A stretch of 64,000 nt of DNA from an uncultured delta proteobacterium. GTDB lineage: Bacteria; Desulfobacterota; Binatia; Binatales; Binataceae. This document shows, in pieces, positions 1 through 8,958 of this stretch. The stretch lies in the NCBI GenBank assembly GCA_963724395.1, contig CAVRUK010000006.1, forward strand, positions 2,516,319-2,580,318, read 5' to 3'. The notes beneath the pieces are model-generated. The model saw only the letters and a list, made by a program, of their open reading frames with translations. It did no database searches and was not told where the DNA came from. The stretch's first letter is position 1; each line of letters starts with the position of its first letter. Both the position numbers and the translations under genes were made by a program.

Positions 1-53
1 TCCGAAACTAACCCGCAAACGGGACTGCGCCGATTTCAACCGAATCACACACA

Positions 54-1235
54 ATGCGACAAGTAGCATTTCATCGTCCGTCGATCGGACCCGACGAGGA
101 GCGCGAGGTGCTGGACACGCTGCGCTCCGGATGGATCACCACCGGCCCGAAGGCCAAGCGCTTTGAGAGCGAATTCGCCGAATACGTCGGCGCGAAACAC
201 GCGCTCGCTCTTTCGCATTGCACCGGCGCGCTGCATCTTTCGCTGTGGGCGCTCGGCATCGGTGCCGGCGACGAGGTTATCACCACCCCGTTCACCTTCA
301 CCGCGACCGCCGAGATTCTCGGCTATCTCGGCGCGCGTCCGGTGTTCGTCGACGTCGATCCCGGCACCTTCAACATCAACCCCGCCCGCATCGAGGAGGC
401 GCTCGAGAGCGGCGCGCACAAACGCGTCCGCGCGATCCTGCCCGTGCACTTCGCTGGCCACGCCTGCGACATGGATCGCATCCTCAACATCGCGCGCAAC
501 TACAATCTGAAAGTCGTCGAGGACGCCGCGCATGCCGCCGGCTCCGCGCGCCACATGGACGGCCGCGGGATGGCGAAGATCGGCACTATCGGCGACCTCA
601 CCTGCTTCAGCTTTTACGCCACCAAGAATTTCACCACCGCCGAGGGCGGCATGATCACCACCGCCGACGACGCGCTCGCGGAAAAAATCGCCGTCGCCAG
701 CCTCCACGGGATGAACAAGGACGCCTGGAAGCGCTACGACAAGAGCGGCTCGTGGTACTACGAAATCCACGACATGGGCTTCAAGTACAACCTGTCCGAC
801 GTGCACGCCGCCATCGGCCTGGCCCAGCTCAAGCGCGCCGACGACTTCATGCGCCGCCGCGGCGAAATTGCGCGCGCCTACAACGAGGCCTTCCGCGCCG
901 ACGAGACCCTTCAGCCCGCGTATTCCGAGCCCGGCATCGAACATGCGTGGCATCTCTACGTGCTGCGCATCCGCCCCGAGCGCCTCAAGCTCGGCCGCAA
1001 TCAGTTCGTCGAGATACTGCGCGAGCGCGGCGTCGGATGCTCCGTGCACTGCATCCCGCTGCACACGATGCACTACTATCAGCGCATGTACGGCTACCGC
1101 GATGGCGATTTTCCCGTCGCCGAGGACATCTTCAGCCGCTGCCTCTCGCTGCCCATCTACGCCGCGATGACCGATGACGACGTCGCCTACGTGATCGAAA
1201 CCGTCCGCGCCATCGCGCGCGCAAATCGGCGCTGA
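54..1235 (+). CDS. DegT/DnrJ/EryC1/StrS-family PLP-dependent sugar aminotransferase (ArnB/WecE-like)
   Basis: 393 aa ORF. Matches the DegT family along its full length (the N-terminal SGWITTGP...FE.EFA, the A.HA.A motif, and the Lys-containing segment FSFYATKN). Followed immediately by a UDP-sugar decarboxylase-like short-chain dehydrogenase (SDR). Confidence 0.85.
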   Translation: MRQVAFHRPSIGPDEEREVLDTLRSGWITTGPKAKRFESEFAEYVGAKHALALSHCTGALHLSLWALGIGAGDEVITTPFTFTATAEILGYLGARPVFVDVDPGTFNINPARIEEALESGAHKRVRAILPVHFAGHACDMDRILNIARNYNLKVVEDAAHAAGSARHMDGRGMAKIGTIGDLTCFSFYATKNFTTAEGGMITTADDALAEKIAVASLHGMNKDAWKRYDKSGSWYYEIHDMGFKYNLSDVHAAIGLAQLKRADDFMRRRGEIARAYNEAFRADETLQPAYSEPGIEHAWHLYVLRIRPERLKLGRNQFVEILRERGVGCSVHCIPLHTMHYYQRMYGYRDGDFPVAEDIFSRCLSLPIYAAMTDDDVAYVIETVRAIARANRR

Positions 1236-1250
1236 CCTCGGAGAACAACT

Positions 1251-2195
1251 GTGCGAACTCTGGTAACCGGCGGCGCGGGATTCCTCGGCTCTCATCTATG
1301 CGAGCGCCTGCTCAACGACGGCCACGAAGTCATCTGCCTCGACAACTTTTTCAGCGGCAAGCGCGCCAACATCATGCACCTGCTCGGCAACCGCAATTTC
1401 GAATTCATCCGCCACGACGTTGTCGAGCCAATCCTGCTCGAAGTCGATCGCATCTTCAGCCTCGCCTGCCCTGCGTCGCCGGTGCACTACCAGTACAACC
1501 CGGTGAAGACCATCAAGACCTCCGTGATAGGCACCATCAACATGCTCGGGCTAGCCAAGCGCGTGCACGCGCGCATCCTGCTCACCTCCACCAGCGAAGT
1601 TTACGGCGATCCCGAGGAGCATCCGCAAACCGAATCGTACTGGGGTCACGTCAATCCGATCGGCGTGCGCTCATGCTATGACGAGGGCAAGCGCGTCGCC
1701 GAATGCCTCATGATGGACTATCACCGGCAGAACCACGTCGACACCCGCATCGTGCGCATCTTCAACACTTACGGCCCGCGGATGGCGATCAACGACGGCC
1801 GCGTGGTCTCCAACTTCTGCGTCGCGGCGCTGCGCGGCGAGGATCTGGAAATTTACGGCGACGGCAACTCGACGCGCTCGTTCGCCTACGTCGACGACAT
1901 CATCGACGCTCTCGTGCGCATGATGAATCAGGACGCGCACATCGGCCCGGTGAATATCGGCAACCCCGACGAGTTCACAATCGCGGAACTCGCGAAGCTC
2001 GCCATCGAGCTCTCGGGCAGCTCCTCGAAAGTGGTCATCAAGCAGCCGCGCGCCGACGATCCAGTTCGCCGCAAACCAAACATCGAGCTCGCAAAGAAAA
2101 TTCTCGGCGGATGGCAGCCAAAAACCGCGCTTCGCCCCGGCCTCGAAAAAACCATCCACCACTTCCGCGAAGTCCTCGGCCTCCCGCGCAAGTAG
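1251..2195 (+). CDS. UDP-glucuronate decarboxylase (UDP-xylose synthase, or ArnA C-terminal-domain-like) NAD-dependent SDR
   Basis: 314 aa. Rossmann motif [10 protein letters not shown], YxxxK-type SDR catalytic region, and a strong overall match to the UXS/ArnA decarboxylase family. GTG start. Confidence 0.8.
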   Translation: MRTLVTGGAGFLGSHLCERLLNDGHEVICLDNFFSGKRANIMHLLGNRNFEFIRHDVVEPILLEVDRIFSLACPASPVHYQYNPVKTIKTSVIGTINMLGLAKRVHARILLTSTSEVYGDPEEHPQTESYWGHVNPIGVRSCYDEGKRVAECLMMDYHRQNHVDTRIVRIFNTYGPRMAINDGRVVSNFCVAALRGEDLEIYGDGNSTRSFAYVDDIIDALVRMMNQDAHIGPVNIGNPDEFTIAELAKLAIELSGSSSKVVIKQPRADDPVRRKPNIELAKKILGGWQPKTALRPGLEKTIHHFREVLGLPRK

Positions 2196-2280
2196 CACGC
2201 GCTCTCGGGCGCCGCTTGCGATTCCAGCAATCCGGCGACAAGATATTTGTAGTCCCCTCCGCGCGAATCTCCGCCGCATC

Positions 2281-2583
2281 ATGAATCAAAATAGAGGACA
2301 GGTGTTCTGGATTTCGCGAGCCGCATTGCCGATGCTCGTGTCGTTCGCGATTGCCTCATGCGCCGCGACGCCGCCACCGCCGGCTCCTGCCCCTGAGCCA
2401 ATCGTCTACATGCCGCCCAATCCCAATCCGCCCCCGCCCGACGAATGGAATCTGCTGCCCGATCCCACCACCGGCCAGGTCGACGTCTATCACCAGGGCG
2501 GCTACGTCGGTTCCGTAACAGGTAACGAACCAGCCGATCAGGACCCCCCGATCCCGCATCCAGTAGCAACCCCCGCCGACTGA
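2281..2583 (+). CDS. proline-rich putative lipoprotein
   Basis: 100 aa. Signal peptide with lipobox (LVSFAIASC) followed by a Pro-rich low-complexity region. Confidence 0.45.
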   Translation: MNQNRGQVFWISRAALPMLVSFAIASCAATPPPPAPAPEPIVYMPPNPNPPPPDEWNLLPDPTTGQVDVYHQGGYVGSVTGNEPADQDPPIPHPVATPAD

Positions 2584-2642
2584 CTCTCCCCCTGACCAGT
2601 TCTAACAGGGACGAAGTCCCGCATCTTTTCTTGATACCGGGT

Positions 2643-2692
2643 GCAGGGGTCACCCCTGCCGAAGGAAGTGTGAAACCCACCGCGGGTTTCAC
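2643..2692. terminator. two adjacent GC-rich hairpins between convergent genes (putative bidirectional terminator)
   Basis: Hairpins gcaggggtcacccctgc and gtgaaacccaccgcgggtttcac lie between the stop codons of the genes ending at 2583 (+) and 2711 (-). No clean T-run. Confidence 0.35.
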
Positions 2693-2710
2693 ATCAAATA
2701 AAGTTCTTGC

Positions 2711-3853
2711 TCACTCCTTCAACAAATTCCGCGCGATCACGACGCGCTGGATCTGCGACGTGCCTTCGTAGATCTGCAGCAGCTTCGCGTCGCGCATCAG
2801 CTTCTCGACCGGGTATTCCTTCATATAGCCGTAGCCGCCGAAAATCTGCACGGCGTCGGTTGTGATCCGCATGGTCGCGTCGGCGCTGAATGCCTTCGCG
2901 TAGGCCGAAATCGTATTCGCGCCTTCGCCGCGATCGACCAGCCACGCCGCCTTGTACGTCAGCAGCCGCATCGCCTCGATTTCGATCGCCATGTCGGCCA
3001 TCATGAACTGGATCGCCTGGAAATTTGCGATCGGCTGCCCGAACGCGTTGCGCTGCTTCGAGTACTTGAGGCATTCGTCGAGTGCGCGCTGCGCGATGCC
3101 GACCGCGATCGCACCAATCTCCGGCCGGCTGTGATCGAACGTCGCCATCGCGTACTTGAAGCCCTCGCCCTCGCGCCCGACCAGCGCGCTCGCCGGTATT
3201 CGCACGTCCTCGTAAAAGATTTCGCCGGTATCCGCCGCGCGCTGCCCGAGCTTTCCATGCATCCGGTTGCGCGTGATTCCCGGCACGCTCGACGGAAACA
3301 CGAAGCACGAGATGCCCTTGTGCTTGAGCCGCTTGTCCGACGTCGCAAAGGTGACGTACCAGTCAGCGCGCGACCCGTTCGAGATAAAATGCTTGGTGCC
3401 GTTGAGGATGAACTCGTCGCCCTCGCGCCGGTACGACGTGCTCATCGCGGCGACGTCCGAGCCCGCGCCCGGCTCCGTGATCGCGAACGCGCAGAACGTC
3501 AGCTTCTTCACCAGTTGCCCCAGGTAGGTCCGCTTCTGATGGTCGTTGCCGGCGATCAGAATCGGCAGCGTCGCCAGGTCGTTGGCGCCCACCGCGTTCG
3601 AGATTCCCGCGCATCCGTAGTTCAGCTCCTCGACGATCAGGCTCGTGTCGAGCACGCCGAGTCCCGGCCCGCCCATCTCCTTCGGCACGCCGAAGTTCAT
3701 CAGCCCCGCCGCGAACGCTTTCTCGCACACGTCCACCGGAAAAATTTCTTTCTCGTCGTATTCGCGCGCGCGCGGAATTATTTCCTGCTCGGCAAACTTA
3801 TGCGCCAGCTCTTTCAGTTCGCGCTGCTCGTCGGTCAAATCAAAACCAAGCAT
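2711..3853 (-). CDS. acyl-CoA dehydrogenase
   Basis: Matches the acyl-CoA dehydrogenase family along its full length (the FAD and substrate motifs AFAITEPGAGSD and YEGTSQIQR, and the catalytic-Glu region). Start taken at the internal Met (MLGFDLTDEQ); the longer ORF to 4009 lacks support. Confidence 0.85.
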   Translation of the reverse strand: MLGFDLTDEQRELKELAHKFAEQEIIPRAREYDEKEIFPVDVCEKAFAAGLMNFGVPKEMGGPGLGVLDTSLIVEELNYGCAGISNAVGANDLATLPILIAGNDHQKRTYLGQLVKKLTFCAFAITEPGAGSDVAAMSTSYRREGDEFILNGTKHFISNGSRADWYVTFATSDKRLKHKGISCFVFPSSVPGITRNRMHGKLGQRAADTGEIFYEDVRIPASALVGREGEGFKYAMATFDHSRPEIGAIAVGIAQRALDECLKYSKQRNAFGQPIANFQAIQFMMADMAIEIEAMRLLTYKAAWLVDRGEGANTISAYAKAFSADATMRITTDAVQIFGGYGYMKEYPVEKLMRDAKLLQIYEGTSQIQRVVIARNLLKE

Positions 3854-4020
3854 GTTGATATTCTCCCCGATGTCGACGCGGTCGATCTTCGCACCGCCGC
3901 AACTTGTGTTAATCGACCGCGCGCCGCAATGAAAGACGCACCCGGCCTCGATTCGCCTTGAAAAAACCCGCAGGTGCGGATACGACGGTAGTTGAATCTG
4001 ATTCCTCAAGGAGATCCACG

Positions 4021-4320
4021 ATGCCGATTACCGTAATTGCCAAACTGAAAGTGCAGCCCGGCAAGGAAGCCGAGTTCGAAGCCGCCGGCAAGGAAATGAT
4101 CGCGACGGTGAAAACCTCCGAGCCCGGCACGCTCACCTATGTCCTTCACAAGAACACCAAGGACCCGACCGAATTCACCTACTACGAGGTCTACCAGGAT
4201 CAGGCTGCCTTCGAGTCCCATGGCAAGACCGAGCACATGAAAAAATTCGGCGGAAAAATCGGCGCCCTGCTAGCCGGCCGCCCCGAGATTGCGATTCTCC
4301 AGGAGGTAGCCCGCAAATAA
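4021..4320 (+). CDS. antibiotic-biosynthesis-monooxygenase (ABM) domain protein
   Basis: About 100 aa ferredoxin-like ABM fold signature (MPITVIAKLKVQPGKEAEFE...YYEVYQDQAAFESH). Start at the internal ATG. Confidence 0.6.
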   Translation: MPITVIAKLKVQPGKEAEFEAAGKEMIATVKTSEPGTLTYVLHKNTKDPTEFTYYEVYQDQAAFESHGKTEHMKKFGGKIGALLAGRPEIAILQEVARK

Positions 4321-4334
4321 TTATCTGCGTTTGT

Positions 4335-4370
4335 TCCCTTCCCTCGAGGGAAGGGGTTAGGGGTTAGGTT
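4335..4370. repeat. REP-like palindromic element, copy 1 (hairpin CCCTTCCC-n-GGGAAGGG plus GGTTAGGGGTTAGGTT)
   Basis: Seen directly in the sequence. Shares its motif with the copies at 4487, 4681, 8092 and 24284. Confidence 0.8.
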
Positions 4371-4486
4371 GCTGCGAACGGCCCGGGGATGAACTTTTCG
4401 GCCTGACGCTGTCGAACTTCCTGTGCTACTACTGGTAGGTATGGTCAACCGCCACTCTTCCCCGCACCGGAGTCCTCTCCGTTTTG

Positions 4487-4524
4487 TCCCCCTTCCCGCA
4501 GCGGGAAGGGGTTAGGTGTTAGGT
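4487..4524. repeat. REP-like palindromic element, copy 2
   Basis: tcccccttcccgcagcgggaaggggttaggtgttaggtt. Confidence 0.8.
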
Positions 4525-4680
4525 TCTTTCGAGAACAATGGGCAAACAAGAAAAACAATTTTTGACGGAACGAAGCTACCGATGGTGGAGGAACCGTCCC
4601 GAAACCACAATGGGTGGTATGAACCGCCTCTTTTCTAATATATTCGATCAACTCAAAATCACTTCCCCCGCCGATTCCAG

Positions 4681-4718
4681 TCCCCTTCCCGCAACGGGAA
4701 GGGGTTAGGGGTTAGGTT
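4681..4718. repeat. REP-like palindromic element, copy 3
   Basis: tccccttcccgcaacgggaaggggttaggggttaggtt. Confidence 0.8.
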
Positions 4719-4769
4719 GCCGGGCCGAGCGTTTTTCATTAATTAAAGTAATAGTTTAGATTACCCTCG

Positions 4770-6020
4770 ATGCCTTCCACTCTCGCAATTCTCGGCGGCC
4801 AGCCCCTTCGCACCCGTCCCTTCCCGGCGTGGCCCGTCTTCGACGCCCGCGAGCGCGCGCAACTCGAAGACGTCCTCACCTCGTCGAGTTGGGGTGGCTA
4901 CCCCAGCCCCAATCGCAAGGCCGCCGAGTTCGCCGCCGCATTCGCCGCGTATCAAGGCGCGCGCTTCGCCATCCCGACCACGTCGGGCACCAGCGCGCTC
5001 GAGGTCGCCCTCAAAGCGCTCGGCATCGGCGCCGGCGACGAGGTCATCGTCCCCGCGATCACGTTCGCCGCGACCCCCTACGCCGCCGTCGCATGCCTGG
5101 CGCGTCCGGTCTTCGCCGACGTCAGCGCCGCCAACGCATGCATCGATCCCGAATCTGTGAATCGCCTCATCACGCGCCGCACCAAGGCCATCATCCCGGT
5201 ACACTACGGCGCGTCGCTCGCCGACCTCGACGCGCTCGCCGAAATTTCGCGCGCGCATTCCATTCCGCTCGTTGAGGATTGCGCCCACGTCCCCGGCGCT
5301 CGATTCCGCGAGCGCGGCGCCGGCACTCACGGCGCTCTCGGATGCTTCAGCTTTCAGTCCTCCAAGCCGATGACCGCGGGCGAAGGCGGAATGATCACGA
5401 CCGACGACCCCGATCTCGAGCAGCGATGCCAGTCGCTCGTCAATTGCGGACGCCGCCGCCCGGACGACAACTTCGAAGGCCCGCTGATGGGCGCGAACTA
5501 CCGGATGACGGAATGGCAATGCGGAATCCTGCTCGCGCAACTCGCGCGCCTGCCCGAACAGATCGAGCACAAGAGCCGCGCCGCCGCTCGCTTGCGCGAG
5601 GGACTCGCCCGCATCAAGGGGCTGACGCCCGTCGCGCGCGACCCACGCGTAACCCGCGAAACAATCTACGCATTCGTGATCCTCGTTGACGAATCCGCAC
5701 TCGCACTCTCGCGCAATCGCTTCGTTCGCGCACTTCGCGCAGAGGGCATTCCATGCGGCGTCGCCAACGATCCGGTCTATCGCTCCGCACTCTTCCCGCG
5801 CGAGTCCGCCGCCTATCGCAAAGCCTGCGAGCTCGCCGGCGCAAATCCTGATACCGCCGCGATCGATTGCCCCGTAGCCGAACGCCTCTTCGAGCACGCC
5901 ATCGTCTCGGTACCCCACGAATGCCTGCTCGGTGACGACCGCGACGTTGACGACATCATCGCGGCGGCCGCGAAAGTGGTTTCCAGAGCCACCGAGCTCG
6001 CCGGAGCCAAACTGAAATGA
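4770..6020 (+). CDS. DegT/DnrJ/EryC1/StrS-family PLP-dependent aminotransferase (second copy)
   Basis: 416 aa. DegT-family motifs (GDEVIVPAITFAAT, FSFQSSKPMTAGEGG). Confidence 0.8.
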   Translation: MPSTLAILGGQPLRTRPFPAWPVFDARERAQLEDVLTSSSWGGYPSPNRKAAEFAAAFAAYQGARFAIPTTSGTSALEVALKALGIGAGDEVIVPAITFAATPYAAVACLARPVFADVSAANACIDPESVNRLITRRTKAIIPVHYGASLADLDALAEISRAHSIPLVEDCAHVPGARFRERGAGTHGALGCFSFQSSKPMTAGEGGMITTDDPDLEQRCQSLVNCGRRRPDDNFEGPLMGANYRMTEWQCGILLAQLARLPEQIEHKSRAAARLREGLARIKGLTPVARDPRVTRETIYAFVILVDESALALSRNRFVRALRAEGIPCGVANDPVYRSALFPRESAAYRKACELAGANPDTAAIDCPVAERLFEHAIVSVPHECLLGDDRDVDDIIAAAAKVVSRATELAGAKLK

Positions 6021-7381
6021 GCCTCCTCCACGCCGGCGCCGCGCGCGTAAAGCTCGATCCGCCCGCTGGGCTCGCGATGCTCGGTTATGGCGGCCGCGTC
6101 GGCCGCAATATCGGCGTACACGACGATCTGGCCGCGCAAGCCCTCGTGCTGAGCGACAGCGCCAACCAAGTCGCCATCGTCGGCGTCGATCTTCTCGCGC
6201 TTGGCGCTCGCATCGCCGACGACATTCGCGAGCGCGCCGCCGCAATCACCGGCATCCCCGCCGATTCGATTTTGATTTGCGCCACTCACACTCATTCCGC
6301 GCCCGCCTTCAATATTTTCGCGACGCCGCGCGCCGACGCGAAGCCCAGCGAAGGCCGCGACCTCGAATGGGAACGCGCGCTGCCCGAAAAAATCGCATCT
6401 GCGATCGTTCAAGCGAATAAAAATCTCGAACCCGCGACGCTCCGCGCCGCCACCGCGAATTTCACGCTTGGAATCCATCGCCGGCTGATGCGCCCCGGTC
6501 GCCAGGTTCAGACTGCCGCAAATCGTTCCGGTCCGGCCGACGCCGAAGTCATCGCGCTCGGCGCGTATCGCTCGGACGGAAGTCCGATCGCGTTCCTCAT
6601 GAACTATCCATGCCACGGCGTCGTGCTTTGCGAAGACAATTTGCTCTACTCGCGCGACTGGCCGGGCTTCGCGATGGATGAAATCGAAACCGCGGCCGCC
6701 TCCGCCGCCGGGCCGCGCCCAATCTCAATTTTCATCCAGGGCGCGACCGGCAACATCGATCCGCGCAGCCGCGGCAACTTCGAAGTCGCCGAGCAGCACG
6801 GCCGCGCGATGGGCCGTGCCGCGTTCGATGCTCTCCAGCACGCGCCGTCGCTCGCCGATGCGCGAATCGCCGCTCGAAGAATTCCGTTAACTCTCAACCT
6901 CAAAGATTTAAGCGCTGATCTCGCCGTCGCGCGCGCCTGCCTCGCACAGACCCAGGCCTCGCTCGACAACCATCGCGGCGGCGACGGCTATCAGTTGAAG
7001 CGCCTGCGCGACCATCACGCACAATCGCGCGCGGCGCTGGCCGCTCTGGAAGCCCTCGAGGAGCAAAATCGCCGCGACCGCCGCGTTGACGCGCCGCGTC
7101 GCGAGCTAGCCACCGCAATGACCATCGCCACTGTCGGCCAGCTCGCCATCGTCGGCATCCCCGGCGAACTGTTCGTTGAGCTCGGCCTCGCGCTCAAGGC
7201 AAACCCGCACTTCACTCAGACTTTTGTCGCCGGCTACTGCAATGATCTGGTCGGCTACATTCCCACTCGCGCCGCATACGCCGAAGGGGGCTACGAAGTG
7301 GACACGGCGCGCATCGCTCCCGGCAGCGGCGAAGCGATTGTCGACACCGCCCTCTCCGCCCTGGCTGCGATACGTCCGTAG
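6017..7381 (+). CDS. neutral/alkaline ceramidase-like hydrolase
   Basis: 454 aa. N-terminal GYG...CATHTHSAP motif typical of the neutral ceramidase family. Its ATG overlaps the upstream stop codon (ATGA), indicating translational coupling to the upstream aminotransferase gene. Confidence 0.6.
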   Translation: MSLLHAGAARVKLDPPAGLAMLGYGGRVGRNIGVHDDLAAQALVLSDSANQVAIVGVDLLALGARIADDIRERAAAITGIPADSILICATHTHSAPAFNIFATPRADAKPSEGRDLEWERALPEKIASAIVQANKNLEPATLRAATANFTLGIHRRLMRPGRQVQTAANRSGPADAEVIALGAYRSDGSPIAFLMNYPCHGVVLCEDNLLYSRDWPGFAMDEIETAAASAAGPRPISIFIQGATGNIDPRSRGNFEVAEQHGRAMGRAAFDALQHAPSLADARIAARRIPLTLNLKDLSADLAVARACLAQTQASLDNHRGGDGYQLKRLRDHHAQSRAALAALEALEEQNRRDRRVDAPRRELATAMTIATVGQLAIVGIPGELFVELGLALKANPHFTQTFVAGYCNDLVGYIPTRAAYAEGGYEVDTARIAPGSGEAIVDTALSALAAIRP

Positions 7382-7383
7382 CG

Positions 7384-8103
7384 GTGCGCGAAATCCAACA
7401 TCGCGAGCTCGCCGCCATGCTCGCGTCAGGCGATGCACAAATCGTCGACGTGCTGCCGTCGCACGAGTACAACTCCGCCCACATCCGCGGCGCCACTCAC
7501 ATTCCAGTGGGCCGCATCCTGCGCGACGCGCCAACGTCGCTCGACCGCGCGCGCCCGGTAGTCGTTTACTGCCGCGATTCGTTATGAGACCTCAGTGCGC
7601 GAGCTGCGGCGCAGCTCGAGATGTTGGGATTCACCGACGTACGCCACTACTTCCGCGGCAAAGTCGATTGGATCGTCCGCGGATTGCCCACCGATCCGCC
7701 GACTCCGCTCTCAGAGCGGCTACGCGCCCTTCGCTATTTCATAAACAACCTGGCGCCGGGCCTGCGCTCATTCTGGATTCACTACACGGGCCGCGTGCGC
7801 GTCGACCAGTTCATGCGCGACGATCTCGTTCGCCTCGGCCCCCAAGACTCAGTCCCGCCATCTTCCCCCGACTCTCCAACCCCGCGAGCCGTAGTGCTCA
7901 ATTCCTACGGAGTCCTGCTAGGCGCGATCGAACAATCCAACTCCGCCCCGCGCGCGGTAGCCGCAATGAATCCCAACCCGCAAACCATCCGCCCCGACAT
8001 GACCCTGCGTCTCGCCGCGAAACTGTTGAAGTCGAATTCATACCTACTGGTGACCACCGAGATGGGCAGGTACCTCGCCCGCTACAATCCGGTCAGGGGT
8101 TAG
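7384..8103 (+). pseudogene. rhodanese-domain protein with C-terminal CBS-like extension, interrupted by an in-frame TGA at 7585-7587
   Basis: ORFs 7384..7587 and 7621..8103 are in the same frame. The rhodanese signature VVVYCR...ARAAAQLEMLGFTDVRHY spans the stop codon. Confidence 0.6.
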
Positions 8104-8110
8104 GTTACCT
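8092..8110. repeat. partial REP-like tail (GGTCAGGGGTTAGGTTACC)
   Basis: Shares the GGGGTTAGGTT tail with the 4335/4487/4681 elements. Sits between convergent gene ends. Confidence 0.5.
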
Positions 8111-8596
8111 CTCGATCACCCCATCCGCCGAGATATCCAGATGATACGCGACCTCGCGCGCAAGTTCGTCCGGGCGCGCGCGATAGTATTCAACCTGCGG
8201 CACGCCCGGAATCGCGGAGACAACGTCGTCGACGGCCACCGGCGTAAAGCCATGCCGCCCGAAGAACCCGCCCGCGTCAGAACTGAACAAGTACAGATGA
8301 CGCGCGCCGCGCGTGTGAGCAGCCTTGCGCGCCGCCGCGAGCAGCGCGCCGCCGATTCCGCCCCGGCGCATCGATTCATTCACGTACAGCGAGCGGATCA
8401 GCGCCGCGTCGATCTTCGACTCGACTCCAATCACTCCGACCGCCTCGTCGCCGACGTACGCCACGATGTAACACGCGGCCGGCCACTCGATTCCGTCCGT
8501 GATCATGCGGGCCCGCGCAAGCATCTCGCGCACGCGCGCGAGGTCCCGCGTTTGCTCGATTGCGAGCTCGCCTGCGCGATGCTTGCGAATCGCCAC
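8105..8596 (-). CDS. GNAT-family N-acetyltransferase
   Basis: 163 aa. Acetyl-CoA binding motif (RRGGIGGALLAAA). Confidence 0.7.
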   Translation of the reverse strand: MAIRKHRAGELAIEQTRDLARVREMLARARMITDGIEWPAACYIVAYVGDEAVGVIGVESKIDAALIRSLYVNESMRRGGIGGALLAAARKAAHTRGARHLYLFSSDAGGFFGRHGFTPVAVDDVVSAIPGVPQVEYYRARPDELAREVAYHLDISADGVIER

Positions 8597-8611
8597 GCCG
8601 CGACCCAGCCC

Positions 8612-8842
8612 CTACTTTTTCGGCGGCGGGAACAGCTGCACTCCCGCTTCGTCCACGACCGTGATTGCCTTGACCGGACACGAACGCGCCGCAGTGATAA
8701 TTGTCGAGTCGCCGGCCCCCGACGCGTTTATGACTTCGGACTTGCCCTCCGCATCGAGTTGAAACACGGCCGGCGCCGTTTCCACGCACTCGCCGCTGCC
8801 GATGCAGCGGGTCTTGTTCACTGTTATCGAAAGCTTCGCCAT
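8612..8842 (-). CDS. ferredoxin (single [3Fe-4S]/[4Fe-4S] cluster type)
   Basis: About 76 aa. Cys ligand motif CIGSGEC...CP. A GGAGG ribosome-binding site precedes the internal ATG (MAKLSITV). Confidence 0.7.
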   Translation of the reverse strand: MAKLSITVNKTRCIGSGECVETAPAVFQLDAEGKSEVINASGAGDSTIITAARSCPVKAITVVDEAGVQLFPPPKK

Positions 8843-8958
8843 CGCTACCTCCGGGTTCTGAATGAACAATAGAATCCGCACGCGGACCGCCGCAAGTAAT
8901 CGCTTCTAGCGCCGCGCGCAATTGAATCCTCCCGCAACGCGGCTAATACTCATTCGCG

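Noticed and set aside
45-1295. Long antisense and alternate-frame ORFs overlapping the DegT gene (45..1295 minus, 218..1177 plus)
   Set aside because: Arg/Ala/Gly-rich translations typical of shadow ORFs in high-GC DNA. The plus-strand DegT frame has full-length family similarity.
4335-4718. CRISPR array
   Set aside because: Only three repeats, with irregular 115-155 bp 'spacers'. The repeats are palindromic with a GGTTAGG tail and occur dispersed elsewhere (8092, 24284). No cas genes lie nearby.
4335-4718. Telomere or telomere-derived sequence because of (GGTTAG) units
   Set aside because: Only two units per copy, and they are internal to a chromosome segment between ordinary genes. They are interpreted as the tail of a REP-like element.
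4761-6245. 494 aa minus-strand ORF over the second DegT gene
   Set aside because: Shadow ORF with R/G-rich low-complexity translation.
7585-7620. Confident selenocysteine call for the in-frame TGA in the rhodanese gene
   Set aside because: The hairpin is short with a 3 nt loop. The TGA is not at the catalytic Cys position. Selenocysteine machinery cannot be verified from this window. It is kept only as a possibility in the findings.
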